A stretch of 35,782 bases of DNA from Octopus bimaculoides (taxonomy: Eukaryota): the NCBI RefSeq assembly GCF_001194135.2, contig NC_068983.1, positions 29,727,285-29,763,066 on the forward strand, given 5' to 3'. Positions 11,005 through 21,989 of the stretch are shown here, piece after piece. The notes below the pieces were generated by a model. That model worked only from the letters and a program-made list of their open reading frames with translations. It searched no databases and was not told the DNA's origin. The position numbers and the translations under genes were made by a program. Within the stretch, counting starts at the first letter, position 1; every line of letters starts with the position of its first letter.

Positions 11005-11149
11005 CTGAAAGAAGAAGAATCATGAGACCAACTGTTTTATTGACATAAAACATTTTTTCGTAAATCAATCATTTTAGTGACGAATCAAATAGAATATTTC
11101 TATGTGGTTGAACGCCATTTTTTTAGGCACAGACGAATGAATCTGCCAC

Positions 11150-11290
11150 AGTACTTATTTGTTAAGCCAGGTACTTATTCTATCGGTTCTTTTGCAGAAC
11201 CGCTAAGTTACGGGGACGCAAACACACCAACGAATGTTGTCAAGCGGTGGTGGTGGGGACAAATGCAGACACAAAGATATGCATACATAG

Positions 11291-11341
<51 letters not shown>

Positions 11342-11893
11342 AACTGGCAACTGGCACTCCGTCGGGTACAACAACGAGGGTTCCAGTTGGTCCGATCAAC
11401 GGACCAGCTTGCTCGTGAAATTAACGTGCAAATGGCTGAGTACTCCACAGACACGCGTACTCTTAAAGTAGTTCACTGGGAACTTCAGCGTCACACAGAA
11501 TGTGACNNNNNNNNNNACGCGTACTCTTAAAGTAGTTCACTGGGAACTTCAGCGTCACACAGAATGTGACAAGGCTGGCCCTTTTTGAATTACAGGTACT
11601 ACTCATTTTTGCCAGCTGGGTGAACTAGAACAACGTGAAATAAAGTGTCTTGCTCAAGGACATAACGCGTTGCCGGGAATTGAACTCACGAACTTACAAT
11701 CGTGAGCCGAATACCCTAGCTACTAAGTGACGGGCTTCTTTCAGTTTCCGTCTACCAAATCCACTCACAAAGCTTTGGTTAACCCGAGGCTATAGTAAAA
11801 GAAATTTGCCTATGGTGCCACACAGTGGGACTGAACGCGGAATCATGTGGTTGGAAAGCAAGTTTCTTACCACACAGCCGCGCCTGTGCCTAT
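11150..11893 (-). mobile_element. SINE family A split by a nested family F SINE
   Basis: The A 3' half is at 11150-11340 and the A 5' half at 11728-11893. The intervening sequence is a different SINE. Confidence 0.85.
11343..11727 (-). mobile_element. SINE family F: tRNA + CORE-like head joined to the family B tail
   Basis: Head tagggtattcggctcacg..gagttcaattccc..ttgagcaagacactttatttcacg resembles 26181-26320. Tail ccttgtcac..ttaatttcacgagc..gacggagtgcc resembles B copies. Confidence 0.85.
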
Positions 11894-12029
11894 GAATCAA
11901 GAATTTTTGTTGTAAGGCATTTAGCATACCGATATTAGTCTATGTATATATAATGTATGTATATATATGTTGTAAGTTGTACGTAGGTATATGTATGTTG
12001 TATGTATGTATCAATGCGTGTCTTTGAGG

Positions 12030-12237
12030 TTGTGCTGTGTTTGTCCCCCACTGCCGCTCAACAACCAGTGTTGGTTTGTTTACATCCCCGTAATATAACG
12101 GTTCAGCAAAAGAGACCGATAGAATAAGTGCCAGTCTTAAAAATAAGTGCCTGGGGTTGATTTGTTCGACTAAAACATTCAAGACGGTGCACCAGCATGG
12201 CCACAGTGCAATGACTGAAAGAAATAAAAGATAAAAC
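12030..12237 (+). mobile_element. SINE family A, 3' half
   Basis: cagcaaaagagaccgatagaataag...ccagcatggccacagtgcaatgactgaaa. Confidence 0.8.
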
Positions 12238-12334
12238 AACGATAACAACAGGAAGAAGAACAATGCTCATGAATCTTTTCTGAGCGTCGTAACTCTTTGG
12301 AAGACGGACATCGACGAATGACCACTTTTCAGGA

Positions 12335-12450
12335 GTGAGTCGATTACATTGACTTTAGTGCTCAGCTAGTACTTATTTCATCGACCGCAAGATGATGAAA
12401 GGGAAAGCTGACCTCAGCAGGACTTGATCTCAAAACGTAAACGCCGGAAT
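12335..12450 (-). mobile_element. Degenerate SINE family C fragment
   Basis: gtacttatttcatcgacc..gatgaaagggaaagctgacctc. Confidence 0.65.
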
Positions 12451-12663
12451 CACTTGTGTAAAATAATGATTTATTTGTAATTGGGTGAATATAGACCCTT
12501 TTGTTTCGTATCGGAGGTCGTTGTCTACATACATTCGACAGCTGTACCGATATGTGGTGTGGTAGCGTAAAACCAGGCGACGGATTAAGTCTGCTCCACA
12601 TAAATAGGAACAGGCACTCTGACAGGCTTCCGCACGGTTTCCGTAGACCAAATTTCACTCATA

Positions 12664-13222
12664 CAGAAGGCTTTAGTAGACGAGAAGCTTCCCGGAGACA
12701 GCTCGTAAAACGAAAACTCGTAAAGCAGAGCAATAATTTCCTGTAGTAGCAATGTTATGAATTGTGATTCGCTCCCAGAAAAATATTTTACATATAAACT
12801 TTATAATACTCGTAAATAAATGCCAATAAAACAACAGTAGAATGTAAAGAATATTGTATGTAAAGTACAAGGAATGTCAAGATCATTTATTATAAGAAAT
12901 ATTATTATTATTATAAGCGATTTCTGAATCATTTTCACTCGTACTAGACTTCCAGATAACATCACTTCCAGACACGATCGCCGATTCACAAGCACTCGTT
13001 GACAGACTTGTAGATTTCTTTTTAAAAACAAGTCTAGAGTTGTTTACTTAGAAGAAGCTTTTTTCGTTATCTATAAATTTCTCGGTAACACGCAGAAGCA
13101 TTTGTTATGGTAGTAGTAGAAAATTTTGCACTTCGTTCCAAATTTGTATCTTGTGAGTGAAAAATAAAACTCGTAAACCCGGGATCGCGTAAAGCGAACC
13201 CTCGTAAAGTGAGGTATTGTTG
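12664..13222 (-). mobile_element. Tigger/pogo-like internally deleted DNA transposon
   Basis: TA-flanked ends (TA-cagaaggctttagtagacgag ... ctcgtaaagtgaggtattgttg-TA) with repeated subterminal ctcgtaaa motifs. A minus-strand remnant SK*TTLDLFLKR...EVMLSGS resembles a Tigger transposase C-terminus. Confidence 0.6.
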
Positions 13223-13254
<32 letters not shown>

Positions 13255-13259
<5 letters not shown>

Positions 13260-13660
13260 GATGGGCTTCTTTCAGTTTCCTATTTCTTTATTGCCCACAA
13301 AGGGCTAAACATAGAGGGGGTAAACAAGGACAGATAAAGGGATTAAGACGATTACATCGACCCCAGTGCGTAACTGGTACTTAATTTATCGACCCCGAAA
13401 GGATTTAAAGGCAAAGTCGATCTCGGCGGAATTTGAACTCAGAACGTAACGGCAGGCGAAATACCGCTAAGCATTTCGCCCGGCGTGCTAACGGTTCTGC
13501 CAGCTCGCCGCCTTGCTTTCAGTTTCCGTCAACCAAATCCGCTCACAAGGCTTTGGTTGGCTCAAGGCTATAACAGAATACACTTGCCCAAGGTGCCACA
13601 CAGAGGGACTGAACCTGAAACTATCTGGTTGGGAAACAAGCTTTTTTACCACACAGCCTA
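13255..13660 (-). mobile_element. SINE family A 5' half interrupted by a C-type SINE
   Basis: The A sequence resumes at 13516 after the duplicated ctttcagtttcc. Confidence 0.85.
13281..13515 (-). mobile_element. SINE family C head/body with alternative tail and 12-bp TSD
   Basis: TSD ctttcagtttcc at 13269-13280 and 13516-13527. The tail ends ...gtgggcaataaagaaata instead of ...tagtagaaaggattatt. Confidence 0.9.
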
Positions 13661-13759
13661 CTACGCGGCAGTGGGCAAATGATGTCATCTTTTGCAGTTT
13701 TAGGGCGTGTGGATGCCGTGTGAGTGGAATTCGGTGGACGCAAACTCCTCCGAAGCACA

Positions 13760-13799
<40 letters not shown>

Positions 13800-14255
13800 C
13801 AAACTAAAATAAGTAGAAGATGGTGCTACAACGTGACTGCGATCCAAAACATCAGACCAGGAAAAATTAATAAATATATATATAAATTAATAAATATATA
13901 AATAAATAAATATATAAATAAATAAATAAATATATAAATATATGAATAAATAAATATATAAATAAATATGAATAGACATGAGAAAAGAATGAAAAAGATC
14001 TTTATCAAAATATATTTCTTGAAGAAGAGAGTCATTTATAATATGAAAAAGTAATGTGTGTGTGTGTGTATGTGTGTGTGTGTGTGTGTGCATGTGTGTG
14101 TGTGTGTTTGTGTGTGCTCGCGTGCGTATGAGTGTATATGTGTATAAGTCTATATGTATACGTGTGTGTGTAAATAGATAGCTCGAGAATGAGAGCAGGA
14201 TGGGACAATCAAAATGAAATGGCAAAATAAAGCATATATGTGTGTATGTGTGTGT

Positions 14256-14379
14256 TAATAATCCTCAAATTTGGGGGGAGGGATTAAGTTGATTACCGAC
14301 CCCAGTGCGTAACTGGTACTTATTTAATCGACCCCGAAAGGATGAAAAGCGAAGTCGACCCTAGTGGAATTTGAACTCA
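14256..14379 (-). mobile_element. SINE family C, partial
   Basis: gaccccagtgcgtaactggtacttatttaatcgaccccgaaaggatgaaa. Confidence 0.8.
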
Positions 14380-14459
14380 TATGTGATTGTTAATAATAAA
14401 ACGAAACAAAATATAGGATTTTATGTACGTTTGTATGTATGTATATGTACATAGGTACG

Positions 14460-14494
<35 letters not shown>

Positions 14495-14653
14495 AAATAC
14501 ATACAGTTTTGAAAATTCAAAATTTTTTTACACACCATTATCCAGAAACGATAATAAATACAGTAACGTTTCTTTAAGCTAGTGTGTGATATCCTTCATA
14601 AGTTTGTTTTTGTTTTAAAATTCTGTTTGAATCGTTAGATAGGAATGAATTAC

Positions 14654-14713
14654 CTTGTAAGAGACTTCGTTTAAGTGCTGATCCGAAGTTTCGGCGTCTC
14701 CAACTCGAGTCAT
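14654..14713 (-). CDS. Candidate first coding exon of an unrecognised gene (MTRVGDAETSDQHLNEVSYK)
   Basis: ATG at 14713-14711 is preceded by an in-frame TAA. There are 20 open codons and a phase-0 donor AAG|gtaatt. No ATG lies between the TATA box and this start. Confidence 0.55.
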
Positions 14714-14797
14714 TTAATCAGTAAATTAAAGATCGCAAATTCAGGCGAATTATTAGCTTCTTTTAATCCTTTAAAGAAGTTTCCAACTCAAATTAAA

Positions 14798-14851
14798 TTT
14801 TATATATATACGGCGTTTCCAAACTATAAAAGAAGCTCATTATGATTGGCT
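14798..14851 (-). promoter_or_regulatory. Candidate Pol II promoter: CCAAT box + TATA box
   Basis: Minus-strand AGCCAATCA at 14851-14843 and TATATATATAAAA at 14810-14798, in canonical order and spacing, about 85 nt upstream of the ATG. Confidence 0.45.
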
Positions 14852-15599
14852 GGATGGCTAAACTGAACTGACCTGTATAAACTCAGCAGGGTGCAGACCC
14901 CACTGAGTTAGGAATCAGACACACACACACACACACATTCGTTTTATTCTATTTCATTATTTGTTTGTTTGTTTGTTACTCTAGCTCATAGCTTTCAAAT
15001 GAAATTTGCTACATTGAAAGAACAGGAAGCTGATGTAAGGTACATATTAGTATAGGTATATCTATTTAATTGGTTCATTCATCGTAGACGAAAGTACTGA
15101 CCCTGTATCGAATGCTATGGCTTGTTGACACGGATGCCTAAAGACTTGCTAAGGTCCGAAAGAAATGATTCTAAGATAAAGGCTTTAAAAGCAACTCAAA
15201 TATATCAATGATTTTAATGTTTAAGACGAGATCCAGGTATCAGAGTTAAACACGTGAGTCTTAAAGCGATGTGCCTATAAAACAAACGAATATCTGTGTC
15301 TTTCATTAAAGCAAACAAAAACGATTTTGCAAATGAGGTCCCTGGCAATATGTAGGGTGTCCAGGGAAAATAAGGAAGAAGTTTATTCAGCGGTCACTAA
15401 TGGATAATTAATTTAAGTAACATACAGTTCTTAAGTTGAGGTTTCTTTAAGACTTCTTCCGTATTTCCTTAGCGTCAAACTAATACACCTCGTTTGTTGT
15501 TCTCTGTCTTTGTCTTTTGTTTGTTTGTTATTTTTTTTAAACCATATATCTGACTACCACTGACTAGAAATTTTTAGGACTTCGGATAATAAGTGAGCA

Positions 15600-15654
<55 letters not shown>

Positions 15655-15656
<2 letters not shown>

Positions 15657-16187
15657 TGGCTTTCATGGCTTCTCATCTTAACTGATTGGAAGTGTTATCA
15701 TGTACATTATTTTGTCTTGGTATAAAACATGAGCTACAGCAAACATTCTGCTCAATACCACAGATTTGCTTGTCAGTTGTTTGACCTTAACCAGTTGAGC
15801 ATGTCCCTTGGTGGCTGACGATATGTGCATCTCTGATCACAAGCAGAAGTGGTGGGGGAGCATCATAGCCATGTGTTGAGAGGAGTTCTTTGGGGTTTGG
15901 ATAATTCACTCTGGAAACTTGGCTGTTTCGTTCAACATCCTTAAACAACCCTTATTCAGGGACCTTTTGAGCGAGATGGGCTACTTGACCTGAAGAAAAT
16001 TCAAACTGGGCCTCACCTGCAAGGTCTTGTGCTTTTAATCTTGATACGAGATCACCATGTTGCGCACTTATGATTGTGATGCATATGCCTGGTGTACACT
16101 TATCAGACGGGTATTCATGATGGGTATACTGGCCTTCGTATATTTTACCCCAGTGCCACTTTGATGGCATGCACTGCTCTCTCACTC
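15655..16187 (+). mobile_element. Repeat family E (probable retroelement-derived, non-coding), embedded in (TAA)n
   Basis: About 530 bp flanked by (AAT)n at 15601-15654 and 16188-16262, with a homologous fragment at 8279-8428. Orientation is inferred, not proven. Confidence 0.7.
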
Positions 16188-16202
16188 AATAATAATAATG
16201 AC

Positions 16203-16262
<60 letters not shown>

Positions 16263-16443
16263 CCTTTCTACTATAGGCACAAGGCCTGAAATTTGGCGGG
16301 GAGGGGGTAAGTCGATCACATTGACCCCAGTGTTTCACTGGTAATTATTTCATCGACTCCGAAAGGATGAAAGGCAAAGTTGACCTCGGCAGAATTTGAA
16401 CTCAAAACGTAAGGACGGACGAAATGCCTCGAAGCATTTTGCC
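16263..16443 (-). mobile_element. SINE family C sharing the (AAT)n tract with family E
   Basis: cctttctactataggcacaaggcctgaaattt...gaatttgaactcaaaacgtaagg. Confidence 0.88.
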
Positions 16444-16664
16444 TCAATAATAATACATACATATGTGTATTCTATAGGTGCAGGTGTATGTGTGTGAGTG
16501 TGTGTGTGTGTGGGGGGGTCTGTGTGTCTGTGTCTGTGTCTGTGTTTGTGTGTGTGTGTGTGTGTGTCTGTGTGTGTATCTGTCTGGTTTTGTGTTTGTC
16601 CGCAACACTAGTTGACAACAGTTGTTGGTTTGTTTACGTACCTGCAACTTAGCGATTCAGCAAA

Positions 16665-16726
16665 ACTTTTCTACCAAGATTTAATACTAAATCAGGGGTG
16701 CACCCCATACGCGAGTAAATACGGTA
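16665..16726. mobile_element. Solo pogo/Tc2-like terminus
   Basis: The reverse complement TA-CCGTATTTACTCGCGTAT resembles pogo/Tc2-type TIRs. No partner end was seen. Confidence 0.45.
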
Positions 16727-16908
16727 TATCGTGTTGTCACATATCAATTGATATGCATCTCATGTATATCTTTAATCACTACTTGCCAAGATGAAGCGTA
16801 ACAATCTTATATTCGCCCCGGGGAATGGGACGTAAATAAGAAACAAGCGAGAAAAAAAATTGGAATAAAGTTTTAAAACTCTTTTTAATATACCTATATG
16901 CTGTATAC

Positions 16909-17264
16909 AGTGGAGGCGCAATGGCCCAGTGGTTAAGGCAGTGGACTCGCGGTCATAGGATCGCGGTTTCGATTCCCAGACCGGGCTTTGTGAGTGTTTA
17001 TTGAGCGAAAACACCTAAAAGCTCCACGAGGCTCCGGCAGCGGATGGTGGTGAGCCCTGCTGTACTCTTTCACCACAACTTTCTCTCACTCTTACTTTCT
17101 GTTTTGTCTGTATTTTGTCACGCTGAATATCCCCGAGAACTACGTTAAGGGTACACGTGTCTGTGGAGTGCTCAGCCACTTGCACGCTAATTTCACGAGC
17201 AGACCGTCCCGTTGATCGGATCAACTGGAACCCTCGACGTCGTAAGCGACGGAGTGCCAACAAC
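16909..17264 (+). mobile_element. SINE family B with 11-bp TSD and internal deletion
   Basis: TSD atgctgtatac at 16898-16908 and 17265-17275, with A and B boxes intact. Confidence 0.93.
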
Positions 17265-17695
17265 ATGCTGTATACTAACTTTGTCTGTTGATGGTATGGC
17301 GCAGAGTTTTTATTTTTAAAAAAATCGAATCGGATCACAGGACAAAAAAGATCGAGAAGCACTGCGCTAGATAGTAATCTTCAATCACTATAAATATCTG
17401 ACATATACTGAGAAAGACTAACAAAATCTAATAAAACTAAAACATGTCCGGGATTGCTCCCGTTATTGCCAAGATCATATTATTTATTACCTCCCTACTA
17501 ATATTTCTGTCTTCTCATTGCATACATAATTATAATTTTGAACAATTAATACTTCGGAGTTATTACATTTTTATCTTCACCAAATTTAATTAACATTGTA
17601 ATTAAATCTTTTATTTTTCTCTCCTCGGTACAACAATAATTTTAATTAATCTCTCTCTGTCTCTCTATCTCTCCCTCTCCCTCTTTCCCTCTCTT

Positions 17696-17748
<53 letters not shown>

Positions 17749-17852
17749 TCCTTTTTTTCTTACTACTTAACTATAGTTAAATTCGTTGAGAAAGAATTCA
17801 GTCTAGTCGTGACAAAACTTCAAGTTATGTTCCTTCAATATAATACATCCTT

Positions 17853-18065
17853 AAGACGGCGAGCTGGTAGGAACGTTCGCACACCGGGCGAAATGCTTAG
17901 CAGTATTTCGTCTGCCTTTACGTTCTGAGTTCAAATTCCGCCGAGGTCGACTTTGCCTTTCATCCTTTCAGGGTCGATAAATTAAGTACAGTTGCGTACT
18001 GTGGTCGAGCTAATCGACTGGCTCCCTCCCCCAAAATTTCGGGCCTTGTGCCTAGAGTAGAAAAG
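17853..18065 (+). mobile_element. SINE family C, full length, 16-bp TSD
   Basis: aatataatacatcctt (17837-17852) versus aatataatagatcctt (18066-18081). Confidence 0.92.
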
Positions 18066-18119
18066 AATATAATAGATCCTTCGATATAATAGAATATTAA
18101 CTATTGTTTATGTATTTGC

Positions 18120-18780
18120 CATGGGACAAATCCAACTCTCTCGAATGCATGGACAATGTTACTGGTGTCTCCTAATTTCATGTACCCGTGCCACACTTTC
18201 TGTTGATGAATGTTTCTCCTCCAAATTTTGTTGTAGTTAGTCCATCCTTGAGTCACATGAAACAGCTGTTCACTCAGAATACCTATTCAGGACTTCTTCA
18301 CCTTCTCTCAAGATGTTATTGCTTTCACTGTAGAGTAAGTATACTTGTGATACGTTCATTTCTTATTCTGCTGTCCAGTAGGTGTTGTCTGAGTGATGTA
18401 CAATACGTAAATGCGTTTGGGTTGATATCATGCTTCTATCCACTGTATATACTGTCTATGCTACTACTGACTACAGACAACTCCGACTTTCACATCTTCC
18501 AAAATCTACTAAAACATTCCCTTGTCACTCTAGTTTTACTGACAGCACGGCACCATTGGACACAATATACTGATTTCCAAGATAATGGTAACATGTGTCA
18601 ACGAAAATTAAGGAGATAGTCAGGCTATTGGTATCCATTTTTCTTGTCTGATGACAAACAATCTTTCTTCGACTACCAAATATAAACATATAATCTGACC
18701 AAACTCAGTTCCTATATCTTGTGAGAATGCTTTTGCCAGCTCTCTTTGAGGAAACTTTCCCTGCGTAATGATCTGATACG
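18120..18780 (-). pseudogene. R4/Dong-like non-LTR retrotransposon RT/thumb remnant
   Basis: Minus-strand KAFSQDIGTEFGQ (about 18700-18735), CYHYLGNQ (about 18570-18595; YKYLG motif), RVTRECFSRF..KSELS and TSLRQHLL. Heavily decayed. Confidence 0.7.
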
Positions 18781-18947
18781 TTAGACTCTTATCTATCCAC
18801 CCTGATAAAGGGGGCTCTGGATTTTACCAATGTTTTTTTTGCTTCCATTTGTGGCTGCAAATTTCGATCAGCCTCCAAAAACAGCTGTCGGACTTGTAAC
18901 GTCTTCTACCCTCTAAGTCTTTGAGTCTATGTAATCAGTGTAAATTT

Positions 18948-18948
<1 letters not shown>

Positions 18949-19018
<70 letters not shown>

Positions 19019-19166
19019 TCTAATTATATGGATGCATACATACATACATGCATACATACATACATACATACATACATACATACATACATACATACATACA
19101 TGCATACATACATACATACATACGTACGTACGTATGCATGCATGTATGTATGTATGCATGTATGTA
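18949..19166. repeat. (CT)n followed by (CATA)n then inverted (TATG)n
   Basis: Direct reading. Confidence 0.95.
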
Positions 19167-20293
19167 TATATTTATTTGAATCATTGTCTCCATATCTGCT
19201 TACTTGGGATCGCCGTTATAGCCACTTTTTACCCTGGTAACTTGATCCTCGATAAAGATACCGGAGTGTAAGTTCAATTCAATTGAGCGCTACTATGTAT
19301 TTTCCATATTCAGATTCTCTCGATCTCATCTGTTGACTATTATATNNNNNNNNNNNNNNNNNNNNNNNNNNNNNNNNNNNNNNNNNNNNNNNNNNNNNNN
19401 NNNNNNNNNNNNNNNNNNNNNNNNNNNNNNNNNNNNNNNNNNNNNNNNNNNNNNNNNNNNNNNNNNNNNNNNNNNNNNNNNNNNNNNNNNNNNNNNNNNN
19501 NNNNNNNNNNNNNNNNNNNNNNNNNNNNNNNNNNNNNNNNNNNNNNNNNNNNNNNNNNNNNNNNNNNNNNNNNNNNNNNNNNNNNNNNNNNNNNNNNNNN
19601 NNNNNNNNNNNNNNNNNNNNNNNNATATATTATATCTTTGACTATTTCTGTCCACTCATGGTTGGGTGCATATTTTATTTTGGAAGACTGAAGCAGAGTA
19701 TGGGACAAAAAAAAAGCTTGAGAAAGACTGATTTAGGCAAAACATTTTAGTATGTTTACTTTATTTTTCCACGCTTTTAGCCACAAATCTTAACCGTGAA
19801 TTTAGTGCTTTGTTGATGCTGCTATCAACCGGGATAGTTCATTGAATCCAGCGTCCATTGTGTTTTGAACAGGATGAGGTTAGCTTCCTTGTAAAACATG
19901 AGCTTACTCTAATAACCGACCTTAAAATCTCTTCCATATAACTTTCCATTCCATAGTTTTGCATCATTATTCCATTCGATAGTTTTTGTCGGCAGAGTTT
20001 CACTGAAAATATCTTTTGATTCACAGAACTCACTCCGTAGTTCCTTCCTGCAATGCAGTTGTTTATTTATATTCTAGATTCCACACAAACTCTGTCTCTA
20101 AAGGATTCCCGACTACCCTGGGAATAAGCATTGATAATATATTTAATGCTGCGATATGCAGTTTGTGGCTTTAAGGAAAATTTATCGTTGATCGTCGAAT
20201 ATTCATGAAATTTCTTACAACAGCAAAGCTTGACATATCATTCGTAGTTCACATTTAAGGCAAATTAGTTTATCTGTGAATATTTCTCATCAG

Positions 20294-20683
20294 AGTGGAG
20301 GCGCAATGGCCCAGTGGTTAGGGCAGCGGACTCGCGGTCATAGGATCGCGGTTTCGATTCCCACACCGGGCGTTGTGAGTGTTTATTGAGCGAAAACACC
20401 TAAAGCTTCACGAAGCTCCGGCAAGGGGTGGTGGCGAACCCTGCTGTACTCTTTCACCACAACTTTCTCTCACTCTTACTTCCTGTTTCTCTTGTGCCTG
20501 TAATTCAAAGGGTCAGCCTTGTCACACTGTGTCACGCTGAATATCCCCGAGAACTACGTTAAAGGTACACGTGTCTGTGGAGTGCTCAGCCACTTGCACG
20601 TTAATTTCACGAGCAGGTTGTTCCGTTGATCGGATCAACTGGAACCCTCGACGTCGTAAGCGACGGAGTGCCATCAACAACAA
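20294..20683 (+). mobile_element. SINE family B, full length, about 12-bp TSD
   Basis: atttctcatcag (20282-20293) versus atctctcatcag (20684-20695), with a (CAA)n tail. Confidence 0.93.
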
Positions 20684-21563
20684 ATCTCTCATCAGCAGCT
20701 TCTGCAAATTTTGGATAGTCTATCATAAACCCGCAGTTGGTGGTTCGTAAATTCATTATTGTCTTTGCATGTATTGCTTGTGTTCAACTTCCAATGTGTT
20801 TCCGTACCCTGCCGATGTTCCTATCGGAACATCAACTAGCCACGAGTTATCATTTGGATCGATCTCTTTGCTTCAGTCTATTGGTAAATGGTAACTGCAA
20901 CACAACACAATAAGACATTTAATGTCCAAAAGCTGGGTGCTTGAATTTGTACTAGGTGTCTTTTAGCAACTTGGTTGCTCACAGATAACATCAAGTTAGT
21001 AGGTTATTCTATTTATTTGTGTCACAATAGTCCTTTCAATTAGTGCTTTATCAGTGTAAATATTGAAGTTTTATCTTACTTTCATCCGTGTTTTGAGCTC
21101 TTTATATACTTCATTCATTTCTACATGTCCTTAAGCGGCTACCGTTTATTCAAGCAGTGGAGGCAGTCTCTTCTCAGTGTAATTGTGATGACGTTTACTT
21201 CGACCGTGGATCAAATCTTTTGCAATTATTTTGATGACAGATTCTACTAGGCTGTTGTTGCCTTTATTTGCTGTGCGACATTGCTTGTTGACTTTCGCTA
21301 CGTAAATCAGCGTATTTCATGTCAATGAAAGCAGTTTGTTGGAACAATGGCTTTCACTGAAATATAAGTTATTAGAATATTTTACATCCCAGTAGCTTCT
21401 TCATGGAACCGATCAACGGAGCTTCCCTAACCCTCTTTGTAGAATTGGTATAGGACTTGATTCAATTAAAAAAAAATCTACAAGAATTTTTTTTATTTCT
21501 TCTTTGATAGAACTACAATCTATGATAGGTGACATCAATTTTCTAAGTTACCATGGCTTATGT

Positions 21564-21603
<40 letters not shown>

Positions 21604-21657
21604 GCAAGAAGGAGAAGAAGAAGAAGAAGAAGAAGAAGAAGAAGAAGAAGAAGAAGA
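21564..21657. repeat. (AAC)n-(AAG)n compound microsatellite
   Basis: Direct reading. Confidence 0.95.
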
Positions 21658-21830
21658 ATTCTTTCTACTATAGCCTCAAGGCCCGAAATTTTAGGGGAGG
21701 AGGTCAGTCGATTACATCGACCCTGGTACTCAACTGGTACTTATTTTATCGACCTCGAATGGATAACAAGCAAAGTCGACCTCGGCGGAACTTGAACTCA
21801 GAACGTAAGGACGGATGAAATGCGCGAAAG
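21658..21830 (-). mobile_element. SINE family C, partial
   Basis: ctttctactatagcctcaaggcccgaaattt...gcaaagtcgacctcggcggaacttgaactcagaacg. Confidence 0.85.
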
Positions 21831-21989
21831 GCTGTGGGTTTCCACAATTGTGCAGTTTCTCAGTTTCTCAGTCCCAAATCACTACGCCAGGTCTATTATG
21901 TTTACATTTTATTGAGGTTTTCACCAGGACGTTCCACCATTCTTCTCATTATGAGTGGCTATGGCTTCTACTATACTGTGGGTTCATAT

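Noticed and set aside
11453-11570. Exact 54-bp direct repeat on either side of 10 Ns
   Set aside because: This is the typical unmerged contig overlap at a scaffold gap, so probably an assembly artefact.
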